From contig BDGG01000004.1 in assembly GCA_001949185.1 (NCBI GenBank), positions 583,620-647,619 of the forward strand: DNA of 64,000 nucleotides. The letters are read 5' to 3'. Position numbers and translations under genes: made by a program. This document shows, piece by piece, positions 52,794 through 64,000 of this stretch (the first letter of the stretch is position 1; each line of letters begins with the position of its first letter). Source of the DNA: Ramazzottius varieornatus (taxonomy: Eukaryota; Animalia; Tardigrada). A model generated the notes under the pieces. It saw nothing but the letters and a program-made list of their open reading frames with translations. It made no database searches and was not told the origin of the DNA.

Positions 52794-53519
52794 TCAACTG
52801 TGTAAACACTTTATCACGTCATCGGTCCGGTTTTTACCGTGAGAAGCTACACTGGAAAAAGCTGCTAATGGATTGATCAACTTCCGGTTCAATCCAGTCG
52901 TTTGTGGTTGAAGCAGAGTCAGCAGACAGGCTCCTCTAGACACAAACTTTCCTACTTCCTGCTGAAGCTTCTTCCGTCGTGCCTCATGCTCCTGCTGGAA
53001 CGCGGAGATGTCTTCCTTTGCGGATTCCGGGACAGAGATCGTTCGGGAGCGCTCTTCGAAGGTTTCGATGTCTTGGAGCAGGGCCTTCGCGGAGTCAATC
53101 TTTTCAACATAAGTCGGAGGCTTGGCGTAATGAAGAAACGCCCTGAAAGGAGCACAATGTAAGAATCTATATGTACCAAGCACTAGTTGTCACGAAACGG
53201 AGAGAAGGAGCGCTTGACCAGTTACCGAAGTTCTCCTTTCAGTTGTCCAAGAGCCAAGCAGATGTCCACGCAGCTGGCGAAGCCTTCTTCAAATGCTTTC
53301 TGCAAACTTTGGTCTCGGGACGACTCTAGACCTTGTTTATACCCTTCCTACGAATAAAAAGATCACATCAGTTGGACGGGGAAAAAAGCGGATCTGTTGA
53401 GGGAAGAGAATTTGCCATACCTTCCAAACAGACTGCTGAAGTCTGTTGAACTCTTGATCCTCAGGATCTGTCGCTTCCTCGTCGAACCATTCTTCCTCGT
53501 CCCCTGTCGAGCGAGGCAT
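52794..53519 (-). CDS. YAE1: Yae1-domain protein (3' end uncertain)
   Basis: An acidic N-terminus is followed by EGYKQGLESSRDQSLQKAFEEGF..LGQLKG, a GX3-repeat Yae1_N pattern, across introns. Confidence 0.7.
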
Positions 53520-54818
53520 CAAACTTTACGGGATTCCGAAACTGTTCGATTCCCAACTCCCAACAAAACCTTGAATGCAAGAGTGGAGAAAGTTGAGAAA
53601 CAGGCTCAGAGATGCAGGCAACAATCGGGATACATTGTCATTGTAATGTTAGTAAAACGAGTACTCTAATATTTGTCGTACGTCATGTAAGGTACGGTAA
53701 TGTGTATTGTCCTCTAACATCACGTCTCCTCTCGAAGGAACTCGCGCTCCCTGCGGTCTTCAAGGCCGCGAACAACCCGGATCCTTCGCAGGAGCAGCAG
53801 CTACGCTTTTCAGTTTCTGCTAGACCAACATGATGCACGTCTGGTTGTATTTCGCACTCACACTACTAAACGAATGAACATTGTACGACCAGTCACATCG
53901 CTATAAACCGACTGTGGGCAGTGGCGATCTCCGTTTCTTATAGAAACTACCATCAAAGAAATTTTCTCGTCTGGCCAGCGCTAGTCTGCCTGGCTATGTG
54001 GATCTCTGTCCGTATCAATACCGTGAACCTCCCTATGGCGTCATTATCGATACTCAACCATTTTAAACTCCTGCTCAGTAAGTCCAGTGTCCTCTGAATG
54101 TGCAAGGACTTCGCCGGTGGCCCCTGACCGTAACCGTTCTCTTCTACACCACCCCCACCGCTTGGAGCGTATACTCGTGTACCCGTTCATGCTCTATAAG
54201 ACGTTGCATGGAATGACAGTTCGACGAGTAAACATTTCGCCCAGCCTTCCGGTTCATCATCATCCGACTCTGGTCAGCTGAATACCACAACTTCGGTGTC
54301 GAATCCGGGCAATCAACTGGCAGAAACACACATGATAAGGGACATCTTCAGGGCGGCGGAGGTGGACAGTTCTTGACTCTGTCCCTGCTGACTGTCAACA
54401 TAACGTTCTCGTTGTTACCGGTCCAAATCTACGGAGTCCTGCTGATGTTTGGAATCATTGTCCGGTATGTTCAGCATCATCGCCTTTCCAAACAACCTTT
54501 CGTGGGTCCTTGATCCTGCCCTTTCCCTGGTGACCCTGGAAAGTCTCCGCGCTACGAAGATCTCTTTCAAGTTATGCTATTGACAGACATACGTGTACCT
54601 TTTTTGTGAATAAAACAGAGCGCACTTGAGATGTAGATCTACGGAAACTAACTTGACTAAAGCTTGTCTCACTTCTCCGAAATGCTAAGAGGTACTCGTA
54701 ATTTTCTCGTGATGTCAATGAGGCGCTAACACTACCGCACGAATACTATTTCTTGTCCATAAACGTATTGTTACTGCACGCTCCAATATACTGTAATTTT
54801 TCCTTGTTAGGATACAGC

Positions 54819-55434
54819 ATGGTACGGCTCATAACCTTGCTTCAAACTTGTGCAACCATTCTTTTCACTTCCTTGGTTCCTCTTCCTTGGGTCTATGCTC
54901 TGAGGTGCTACGCCTGTGTCGGTACGCAACCGGGGTGCGGACCGGATGAATTCGAATGGCGTCTGGTCAAGAACCTGGAATGTCCCGATGCCCACGATCT
55001 GTGCCTAAAAATCACAGACAAAATATTTGGTGAGTCATTGTTTTAGACTAAAGCGTACTTCCAGCAGAATTCCGTGACCGCAATGTTCAGTAGATTCGAA
55101 CATGACAACGCGAGGCTGTCTGTCGATGTTAGCCAGTCTTCGTCGGGATATCCCCGGTGACCACTACGAAGGTTGTCGTCCAGCAGCGCACGACGTTCGC
55201 TTCAACAAAGACGCTCTCGTGTCACATCCTCATCAACAGGTACGATCAGGCAAACCGAAGTTTATCCTGTTAATGGAATACAATTTGGCTCCTCAGGTGG
55301 TGCAACGAAGCGAAAGCGAATTCTGCTTCTGCGGCTTCGATAACTATTGCAATACCGGAAGCAAACGATCCTCGACACTTGTGTTTATTACTACAGTTGC
55401 CATCTACACTTGCACTGTTTCCTATTTATATTAG
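54819..55434 (+). CDS. crim: Ly6/three-finger GPI-anchored protein, crimpled-like
   Basis: Signal peptide, LRCYAC..GC, RGCLS, DIPGDHYEGCRPAAHD, FCFC..D..CN and a hydrophobic tail. The orthology rests on recalled similarity to Drosophila crimpled. Confidence 0.75.
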
Positions 55435-55725
55435 GCTTCATATGGGGAAAAGCTCGCCTGAATACCTCCGGCAAATTTCAACTCTCACATATTACGTTCA
55501 AAAATCGATTGAATGAAAGGTTTTAATAACCATGTGGAAATTATCTAGTCCAAATGGCAAAATTCTAACCTCTAGTGAAAACTCTGAAGAGGAACATCTT
55601 GCGGGAGAATTCTGGGTCAAATCACATGCAGCACAGGGAGGTGTACAGCGGTATCAACAGTAAATAAAACCCACAGACTAGTTTCTCGGGACACAATCAC
55701 AACTTCAGCGGAAGGCGAGCTAACC

Positions 55726-57199
55726 TCAAAGGTTCTTCAGGATCTCGGTGACATCCGAAAAGACTTGATCGATAGTACGGTTAGCCGGTACCTAAAGAAG
55801 GCAGATGCATTCGGAGAAGAATGTGCGACTGGGACGTAGGCGAACAAGTCCAACCGTTCCCAAGTGGCGCATGCTTCCAGTTAATTACACCAGAACCATG
55901 CGCCACTTGGGGAAACAATTTTGTCGAGTTCCCAATAATATTGGGGAAAAGTGAAATGTACTATGTGAGCCTTTCGGACGCATTCGTAATGCCGGACAAC
56001 CGGGATCGTCTGGTCTGCAAAAGTCTGAAGGCGTTTCTGAATTGTAGCAGCGTTGTCGTCGACCCGCCCGCTGGTGATTCCGCGTTGGAGTAGACGCTCA
56101 GTCATGATGTCGAAAGGCACCTCGAAGTAGATAACCATGGAACAAAGCCCAACCTGAGTAACACAATAAAAAACCGGTTTATCGATGAAAGCATGGTTCG
56201 TTGGGCGTCTCGTTTATTTACCTGCTTCTCAAATTCATTGGCTTGCATGACTTCACGCGGGAAGCCATCAATAAGGAAGCCTTTCGAGTGCGGGCTTTCT
56301 CGCAAAATTGCCTCCTTCAGCAAATTCAAGACCGTCTCCTAAAAATAAATCAGCTACGAAGGCCAAAAGTTCGGCCCGAACTTACAACAAAAATTCCGTC
56401 GAAAACAGCTCCGGCTGTTTCGCCAGCAGTAAATTCCATCTTGTTCAACACGCTCAATTACGCACTTGGGCACATGATTTAAGCATGATGGAATTTCCCT
56501 CGTTCAATTATCAACACCATTTGATGTTTGAATGAAGAAAGACTTACGAGTGGTACCAGGTCGCCCTTAACCATAATCGAGTTGAGCCAGGCACCGCGCG
56601 GCGAGCCCGAATTGACTTCATCCCGCAGCAGATCGCCCGTGGATAAGTGCGTGTAGCCGAACTGTTCTTTGATCAGCGCACATTGTGTTCCTTTGCCTGA
56701 CCCAGGCCCCCCTGTAAAACATTGATATGTCATACATCGTTCGTCTCAACCACCAATGCGCGAAACCGTACACTGAACTGACAAAGCACGGTGGAAAGAG
56801 ATAAGACTAAAGACTCTAGGGTTCGACACGGCCAAAACGACCGGAAACTGAAAAGTTTCGATCTCGGTCAATCAGCGCATGAAGTCACTGTGCCGTGCAA
56901 TAATTTGCCCACAAACATTTTGTCAATGCGTGATGGTGAAAGGGTAGCTTGTTTACTCACCCATAACAAACACGATGGGGAGGTTGGTGATCGAGCTGTG
57001 AGGAACACTTGGTGAGACAACATGATGCTGAAAAAAAGAGAACTGGGTGTTATGTCACTGTCACGGAAGAAATCTATCTCTGGGATACACATAAAAGGCA
57101 GAAAGTACGGTCGCGTGATTGGGGAAGCGAGATGCTTACGCTGTAAGGAGCAACATCTTCTTGCATCAGCGGCGTATGCCGCATCTGCGCTTGAGCCAT
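55726..57199 (-). CDS. Adenylate kinase, AK1/UMP-CMP kinase type (start uncertain)
   Basis: Motifs [36 protein letters not shown] and GRVDDN..TIQKRL. The stop is at 55726. Confidence 0.9.
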
Positions 57200-57585
57200 T
57201 CCAAAGCGCTTCGTCCAGGTATCAGCAGGGCAGTCCGGAAGGCTAACAGCCGTTGAGTAAGTCCAAAACAGGGTTAGAAGCAAGGTACAGGTCCAGGTTG
57301 GAGCGATGTTGGCTGGCACATCGAGCACAACGGCAACTCCGCAATCCACCCGCCGCACAACATCGAAGATGAACCGGAAAAGGAGTTTGCTGTCGTCACT
57401 TCCGTCTCAGTACGCAACGCGAGTGGGCAGATGTTATTCTCAGCCGGTATCGATCCACTTCCGCTCCTCCGCTACGGTGAGGAATTGGCAAGAAGATCCC
57501 TCCTGGCCCTGCTGCTCGTGAGCGCTTTTTATGGTGTGCGAGAGCGCCGCCTACAGGTCTGCCTGGTGGCGCTTGCTTAGAAGTT

Positions 57586-58770
57586 TTTCACAACAGGGAG
57601 GGGAGCACTCTTGAACAGGAGAATTTCTGAGCCGCTGCTCAGATCGCTTCCTGTAGAAAATCTTGAGTGATCTTCCGCGTTGGGGAGCGGTTTTGCTTGT
57701 TTTGATTGACGGGTTTTGCTCCTGATCATCCCGCATCCTTGAGATTTTCCTTGATGGACATTTTCCTTGGAGGCTTTCCTTGATTGTCCACACGCTACAG
57801 TCTGACTCATGGAATTTGGACTTCGTACCGTGGCACTGATAAGCCGTTCTGGCTTAAACAGCTGACTATACGTCGTCAACCTATCGCCTGAAAGAATGGC
57901 TGTTCGCCTTGTTATCGTTTGCATACTACTGGTTACAGCACTGCTGTAGCATTCAATTCCTGTAGGTGATGTAGCTTCTCAGCTACCTTTTGATACCGAG
58001 GAAGGTCATATTCAGCTTCGACAAGCTGGGATATGTCTATGTTAGCTAGCCTAGAAAACACTGCCATAAACCATTCGATTTCATTAATCAACAAACAGTA
58101 ATCAACGTACTCAATATAAGTGCTGATTCTGTAACACTTACCAGCTGTACGAGCAAGAAACGACTGAGTGACGTAGAGTCCAAAGTCTATACTGGGCGGG
58201 TCAGGCTGTGGCGTGCGGACAGTCAAGGAAAATGTCCCCGGATGCGGGATGACTAAGAGCAAAGCCCGTCAATCAAAACATGCAAAACCGTTCCCTAACG
58301 CGGAAGATCACTCAAGAGTTTCTACAGGAAGCGATCTGAGCAGTGGCTTAGAAATTTTCCTGTTCAAGAGTGCTCCCCTCCCTGTTGTGAAATAGAGCCC
58401 TGCAGCAGTAGCTGAAATCAGTGCTGTTTCTGCACTGCACTGCATTCAAAAATTCGGAGTTTCTGCTTGCCAACGGAAATACATGTCGAACACATCGTAA
58501 ACGTCGTTGTTTTACGGAGATTTAACCGAAAAACGGCAGAATCCGGCCAGAAAATGCAGAAAAAGCTGATTCTACTACTGTTTTGGGGCAACAAAAGTAT
58601 ACTGCGACGAACGGTGCTCCTTTTTTGAAAACTGCAACTGCCGTTGCAACCGCATTTTCTCACCATTTCGGCGACTGTAACTGCACTGCGTTGCAGTAAA
58701 ATGCGGTGCAGTGCAGTGCGGTGAAGTGCAGAACGTGCTGCATGTTGCAGGGCTCTATTGTGAAACCGAC
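57586..58770. mobile_element. MULE-like non-autonomous element with ~200-bp TIRs
   Basis: 57586-57790 is inverted relative to 58213-58392. It is flanked by CTTAGAAGTT at 57576 and 58771. Confidence 0.7.
58393..58757. mobile_element. hAT MITE nested in the MULE-like TIR
   Basis: TIRs TAGAGCCCTGCA, a perfect 8-bp TSD TTGTGAAA and TGCAC/TGCAG subterminal repeats. Confidence 0.9.
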
Positions 58771-59535
58771 CTTAGAAGTTAGAACGACTCATACACCGCT
58801 TGAGTCATCGTAGGCATAGTGCGTGCGAACAGCTAGCTGCTCGTGCGTTGTCGCGCTGAGTCAAGTGTCACAACAGACCTGGGCCGCAGGTCCAAAAGTA
58901 TGCTGCATGTGCGCTGCGCGGTGTAAAATTTTCTCAAAAACGGATGGGCAGCTGCGCTGCTGGTTCAGGTTACTCCAACGCAACGTCGCTGCACACGAAT
59001 AAATCTGACGAATTCTACGGTTTAGTCAGTGTTGTTCCGATACAATGTATTTTAATGCATAAAGCAGAATTCAATTCCGATATGGCCTGCTGTATCCATA
59101 GATTTAACATGGGAGACCAGATTTGAGTTAGTTTCACTGTCGTACCGGAACAACATCGGATATAGTCAGCAAATTTTGTGGCCCCCTCAATAAACACAAA
59201 ACGAAACATAGAACAAATTGGGCGTCATAGGTTTGCTACCGAATCTGTAACATTTTTTAACCATTGATTGCGCAACGTCGCTGCGCAGCGTTGTGTAAGT
59301 GTATGCTGTACTCTGTACGCTGTCCTGTGCTGCATACCGTGCTGCGCTGCACAAGAAAAACAAAAATTACTTTACGTACCTGATAGGACCGTAAAGTATA
59401 GGCAGACTTAGTAGAGCTTTCTTGAAGTTTTTGCAGTTCACTTGTATGTACGTTGGCCATTTCGTACGTGTTGTACGACGGCGTAGTGTTGTCTGTGCCA
59501 GCAAGGAGAGCGCCACGGCCGTAGCGGCCTGTATC

Positions 59536-60177
59536 TAGTGCTGGGATAAATACGATAAAATACGATATGATAAATCTTTCAATATTTATATTTCGTTTTA
59601 GATATCAACCACGTATCGATATTTCGATATAATACGTTTCTGATATTTTATTATTTATCTATCGAATTTTATTGCAGTGATATGTCGATGTATCAAGCCA
59701 GTACCATATTGGAAACTATCGAAATCAAGAAAGAGCCAAAGAGAAACCAAATGGCTGTCGTTCACTACGTTCGAGTCAGACCAAAAGTCAAATGTCTTCG
59801 TGTACGCGAGTGTGTTCGTTGCTCAATCTATCAAGGTCTGTCGTTACGCACCTAGGTATGCTGACTGTTCACTTCTCCGAAGTCAGCCTGGATGCATGTG
59901 CGCGATACATTACGGCGAGGCTGCGCTGCCTGCGCGGTACCGAACCGGAGTATTGGCTTCCGAGTTCCGAAGTTCCGATTCTCAAGCGCGGGTTTTCGAT
60001 TTATCGATATATTAGAAATATATCGACATACCGCGATATGATATTTTCGTCTATCATATTCCGCTCAGCGATATTCCGTCCATATCGATATTTCAATATG
60101 ATATTTTTGTCATATCGAATCACAGTGATGTGGTATATTTCGATAAGATACGATATATCATATTTATCCCAGCACTA
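59536..60177. mobile_element. hAT MITE
   Basis: TIRs TAGTGCTGGGATAAATA, a perfect 8-bp TSD CCTGTATC and CGATA subterminal repeats. Confidence 0.9.
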
Positions 60178-60997
60178 CCTGTATCAAATTTGGATGTATT
60201 GAACTTTTGATTATGTTACGGTCTTGGTACTAAAACATCCAATGCTTTCGATTTGATTGATGAATGCCGTGGTACCACGAACCTGTACGGGTACTAGAAT
60301 ACATTTGTCCAAAGTGCCCTACAGAATCCAAACGCTGGCCCTGAAAGCTGCCGCTCAATGAATGCTCGAAACAGCACCAATTTGTCCCTCCTCCGCTAAC
60401 ATGTGCTAATGATTGTCATCATTTATGTGCATTTACTTATGCTCACTACTATTGGAGGGAGTATGGACTTGGATCTTCTTAACATCGGTTGGGTACGGTA
60501 GGCAAAAAAATCTAATGTCGGTCGGGGTAGTCTCCTACTCTGATAGTTCTCACTTATTTACGAATCCAAGCTTGTTCTCTTCTTCTCTTGCTTAGAGTTA
60601 CAATTATGTCTATGCGTAAAGTGTAACCAGTGCGAGTGTCTGGAGCGGTAAGAAAAAAGTCGTCAATTAATCAGTCAAGATTATCAGGGACAATCTGTAC
60701 AGCTTTTCATTGCAAGAACCATGACCAAATGAGCATATCCATCAAACTGACCAACGGTCAGCTCTTCAGTCTCAAAGGGGACAAAAAGAGGGTTTTTGGG
60801 TTCACCTCGGTAGCCGTTGAACGAAAGTGTTCGATGTAAGGGGAAAATTGATGTTGTTCTGAAGGGATTCCGAAGGGCACTTTGGATAAATGTATTCTGG
60901 TATCCGTGCAGGTTCGTGGTACCATAGTATTCATCAATCAGATCAAAATAATTGAATGTTTTAGTACCAAGACCGTCCCATAACCAAAAGTTTGATA

Positions 60998-61324
60998 CGA
61001 GGTAAACGACATAATTCGGGCATAGTGGTTTTTCACTCGTAATTCGGGCATATTTGTTCTCAGGTCTTGCTTCGCGTAAGTTTCCTAAGGTAGACCGGTC
61101 GCTCTCCTCGAGGTTTCAATAGGTTTGAGAACGACAAAGCGTTGTGGAGCATGGGAATTTGGCCTGGGAGAGGGATGGGTCTGTCCAATGTCAAAAAGCC
61201 TAATGTTGTGTCAACAGGCGTGCGATGAGAGATGAATCAAGCGTTGACGATAATATTCAAACTTTTCGCGTTGCCCGAATTATGGTGCGAAAATCGGTAT
61301 GCCAGCAGTATGTCGTTTACCTCG
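60998..61324. mobile_element. pogo-type MITE, copy 2
   Basis: CGAGGTAAACGACATA TIRs with a TA duplication. Homologous to 44484-44812. Confidence 0.88.
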
Positions 61325-61477
61325 TACATCCAAATCCAATACAGGCCGCTACAGCTATTGACAGCGCACAGACAACTCTGAGAGAAGATCTCGGAACAGC
61401 TTGCCAGACTGCCGTGTGAGTCAGCGGTTTACCTCGGTTTGCGGTAGTACGGGAAGGTCTTCCGGGCACCAGTCTGA

Positions 61478-63833
61478 CGAGGGGATTATGCCTGTCCTCC
61501 GCCTTCCCGAAATGTTCTGGTACGATAGAACGGTAGAGAAGAGTCTGCTCTATCATCTGAAACAGGCGTGGCTTGCCGGATAAAATCCTGGAAGCCTATA
61601 CAGGAACCGGAAGTGACGTCAAAATCTGGGCGGTACGCACCTATTGATTTTATCGGGCTTACTTATTATTCAAACTCAACTTCAGCTTATCGGGGAAGGT
61701 GAATCTTACAGAGGTGATATTCCTCGTAAAAGTGATGAAAACATGAAGGAGCTTTACACCATCCACATTTCAGAAGCAAGGAACGTTCACAGTTATCATA
61801 GTCACAACGACCAATCAGTCCTTGGAAACAGAATTCCGTTGGATTAACATATTCTACGGACCTGTCAACATACCCTGACAAATGCCAAGCTTGAGCAATG
61901 AGATTACCAAATCTGGGGGAAGTAAACTGCTGGTAAATCAGGGAATGCATTCTTAATATGACGTCCCGATGATGCACTTGAACCGGCTGATCGTTCAAGA
62001 ATATCCAGTTCGAAACCTTCCTGAAATACCCCTTGTACATCCGGAAGCAAAGAACGTCCAGTGACTGAATCTGGCCCGTGACTTTAGGTGGTATAGTGAT
62101 CATTTCGTATTCCAATTCCTCCGGTTTGACCTCATCCACGGCTTCTTGGTCAGCAAACGTCGGCCAAGAATCAGCAAGGAATATACAGTGATGATTCATC
62201 TGCGGGAAGAAAACCTTCTCGCACCATTCGATGTATAGCTGCTTGGTCATCTTGCCAGACGTGGAAGCAGCGACATAAAGTTTACCAGCTTTGAACATGG
62301 ACTTTTTTACAAGCGGTCCGAAGATTCCTTTGGTTCTTGCGGCGTGATGAAGAGAACGGGCAGAAACTTGCGAACACCTGGGGAGACGCACATCATCACC
62401 GTGTAGCTGTGAGTCATCGAGTTCTAAGACTGTGTAAGTGCCAGAACGTGCTTTGCACCGACGAAATCCAGAGTTCGACCTGGCCTCATTTCGTACTCAA
62501 ACCCACTTTGGTCAGCATTCCACAGACAGTCTTCCCCGTACGCCAGGATTCTTTCTCTGACCATAGCAACGCACTCTTCGGCGCGCTTCTTCCTATCCGG
62601 CTCTTCCTTGAGATACTTTTCGATAACGAACTTTGTAATCTTCCTGTCACAAATGTTGTAGTACCTATAAACGAGCGACAAGGTTAGGAACGACGAACAC
62701 CTGAATTGGTCTGTAAATGGTCAAGGTCTTACATGAATCTTACTTTTTGAACTTTCCGACCCAATGGGGAGAACCTGTGAAACCGGAAAGACAAATCTTA
62801 CGGTTCGCTGTAACTGCCCATTGCTGGATATCCAAATCCTTCACTACATTAGGCTTTTGCTTAGCCATGAAAAACTTCTCTCCTGTTTCCAGTCGTATCG
62901 CCTTCAGCTTATCGATCCGCGAGCCTCCTTCTTCAACGTGACGTCCCCATTCTCTCAGCTGGCCTGTACTGGTGACTTTTCTGAACAGCTTCTGCACACT
63001 GGAAAGGCTACGACGTTACTTGGAAGAGACATTAATCCAGTAAGCGACAGCACGTTTCTTGTAGGCTAAATCAGCTGCCTAGGTTAATGTCACTTTGTGA
63101 TTCGGGATTCGGGGTACAAAAAGCTCATGAGAAGATGGTTCTGTTCCACCTGAAGCAGGTTCGGTAAGGCGATCATTCGGAATGGATTCGAAGTCTGCTT
63201 CGCTATGTCCATGGAGTAGGTTGGTTTCAGCCATTGACTTTTCCAGCTCATCGAACGTTAGCACGCCAACGGGTAGCTCGTACGCGAGATCTTCTTCGAT
63301 GGCCGATATCGGACTTCCCGCTAGGTCGATCTGGACGTCTAAGAAATCTGGAAGCTCAAGGTCAAGCCTGAGACATGCTTATAAATTGCGATGTAAGGGT
63401 GAAAGTTTACCTTACCCTTGATGATTGTCTTTAACATCCTGTCAAATTCGCTCGGCGAGTCGCTAAGTTGGAAATGTTGCTCGTAGTCCGACTGCAGTAG
63501 TTTCAAGATGTTGAGGGGATTAACTGAATCCATGGGGCTATCAGAAGGAGAAGAAGAGAAGAAAGAAATTCTTAAAACAGAAGTGATGAGGTTGCATACT
63601 AAAGCACGATGTAGCTCTGTCAATCAGTAACGAATCAACAACGTGGGAATCAAACCGCTTGATTGACTAAATATGTACCGCCCAGATTTTGACGTCACTT
63701 CCGGTTCCTGTATAGGCTTCCAGAATTTCATTCGGCAGTCTACGCCAGTTTCAGATGATGGAGCAGACTCTTCTCTACCATTCTGTTATACCAGAATATT
63801 TCGGGAAGGCGGAGGACAGGCATAATCCCCTCG
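61478..63833 (-). mobile_element. Full-length Tc1/mariner-superfamily element (m44/HvSm-like) with a decayed, intron-containing DD37D transposase (~61687-63533)
   Basis: ~165-bp TIRs with TGA on both flanks. Catalytic motifs NADQSG, LADSW and IPPKVTGQIQSLD. C-terminal Cys/His cluster. Internal stops and a frameshift. Confidence 0.88.
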
Positions 63834-64000
63834 TGAACATTGCGAGCATGTACCGTATCAGTGGGAGCGATCGAAGGATCTGATTCGAGCTCTCTTACGT
63901 TACCCCACACAGGCATCAGGCGTGCTGATACGTCTCATTTTTCAAGAGCAGTCAAAAACTAAGCCAGAAAAGTCCGCCTACACCGTACAGGCTGAAGCAC

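Larger units (their letters stand above)
59514..61360. mobile_element. P-like non-autonomous element with ~170-bp TIRs, both interrupted
   Basis: CA..TG ends. TIR bodies 60178-60330 versus 60865-60997 plus 61325-61360. 7-bp flanks AGAGCGC/ACAGCGC. An empty-site homolog lies near 25520. Confidence 0.75.

Noticed and set aside
54144-54329. HERVH as an HExxH or C2H2 motif
   Set aside because: The ORF is short and has no supporting context or splice structure.
58878-59352. GCTGC/GCAGC-rich segment resembling hAT subtermini
   Set aside because: I could not define a matching TIR pair or a TSD.

Overview
This is eukaryotic, intron-rich DNA from a compact invertebrate genome. It is tardigrade-like by gene content and intron size, but that is my inference and not a verified assignment. 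About 15 spliced genes can be reconstructed by hand: an unknown 5'-truncated gene, a secreted Tyr-rich peptide, a clip-domain serine-protease homolog, a class A GPCR, two Gly/Tyr/Pro-rich proteins, TM2D3/almondex, SAM synthetase, DNTTIP1, TRABD, FTSJ1/Trm7, ZCCHC7/Air, a latrophilin-like adhesion GPCR, VIPAS39, YAE1, a crimpled-like Ly6 protein and adenylate kinase. Two transposon-dense blocks (about 17.9-32.5 kb and 57.6-64 kb) contain nested pogo, hAT, P-like, MULE-like, CRE and CR1/L2-type elements. Four observations stand out. (1) A dispersed, partly tandem family of mostly intronic elements has conserved 11-bp inverted arms and a fixed 24-25 nt divergent spacer. (2) In the adhesion GPCR, an EGF domain is split by an inserted C-type lectin domain. 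(3) A Tc1/mariner-superfamily DD37D family has 3-bp TNA duplications and an ETS-CRE-GC-box module in its TIRs. (4) SAM synthetase intron 1 has a candidate unproductive alternative 3' splice site. All exon boundaries were inferred by eye.
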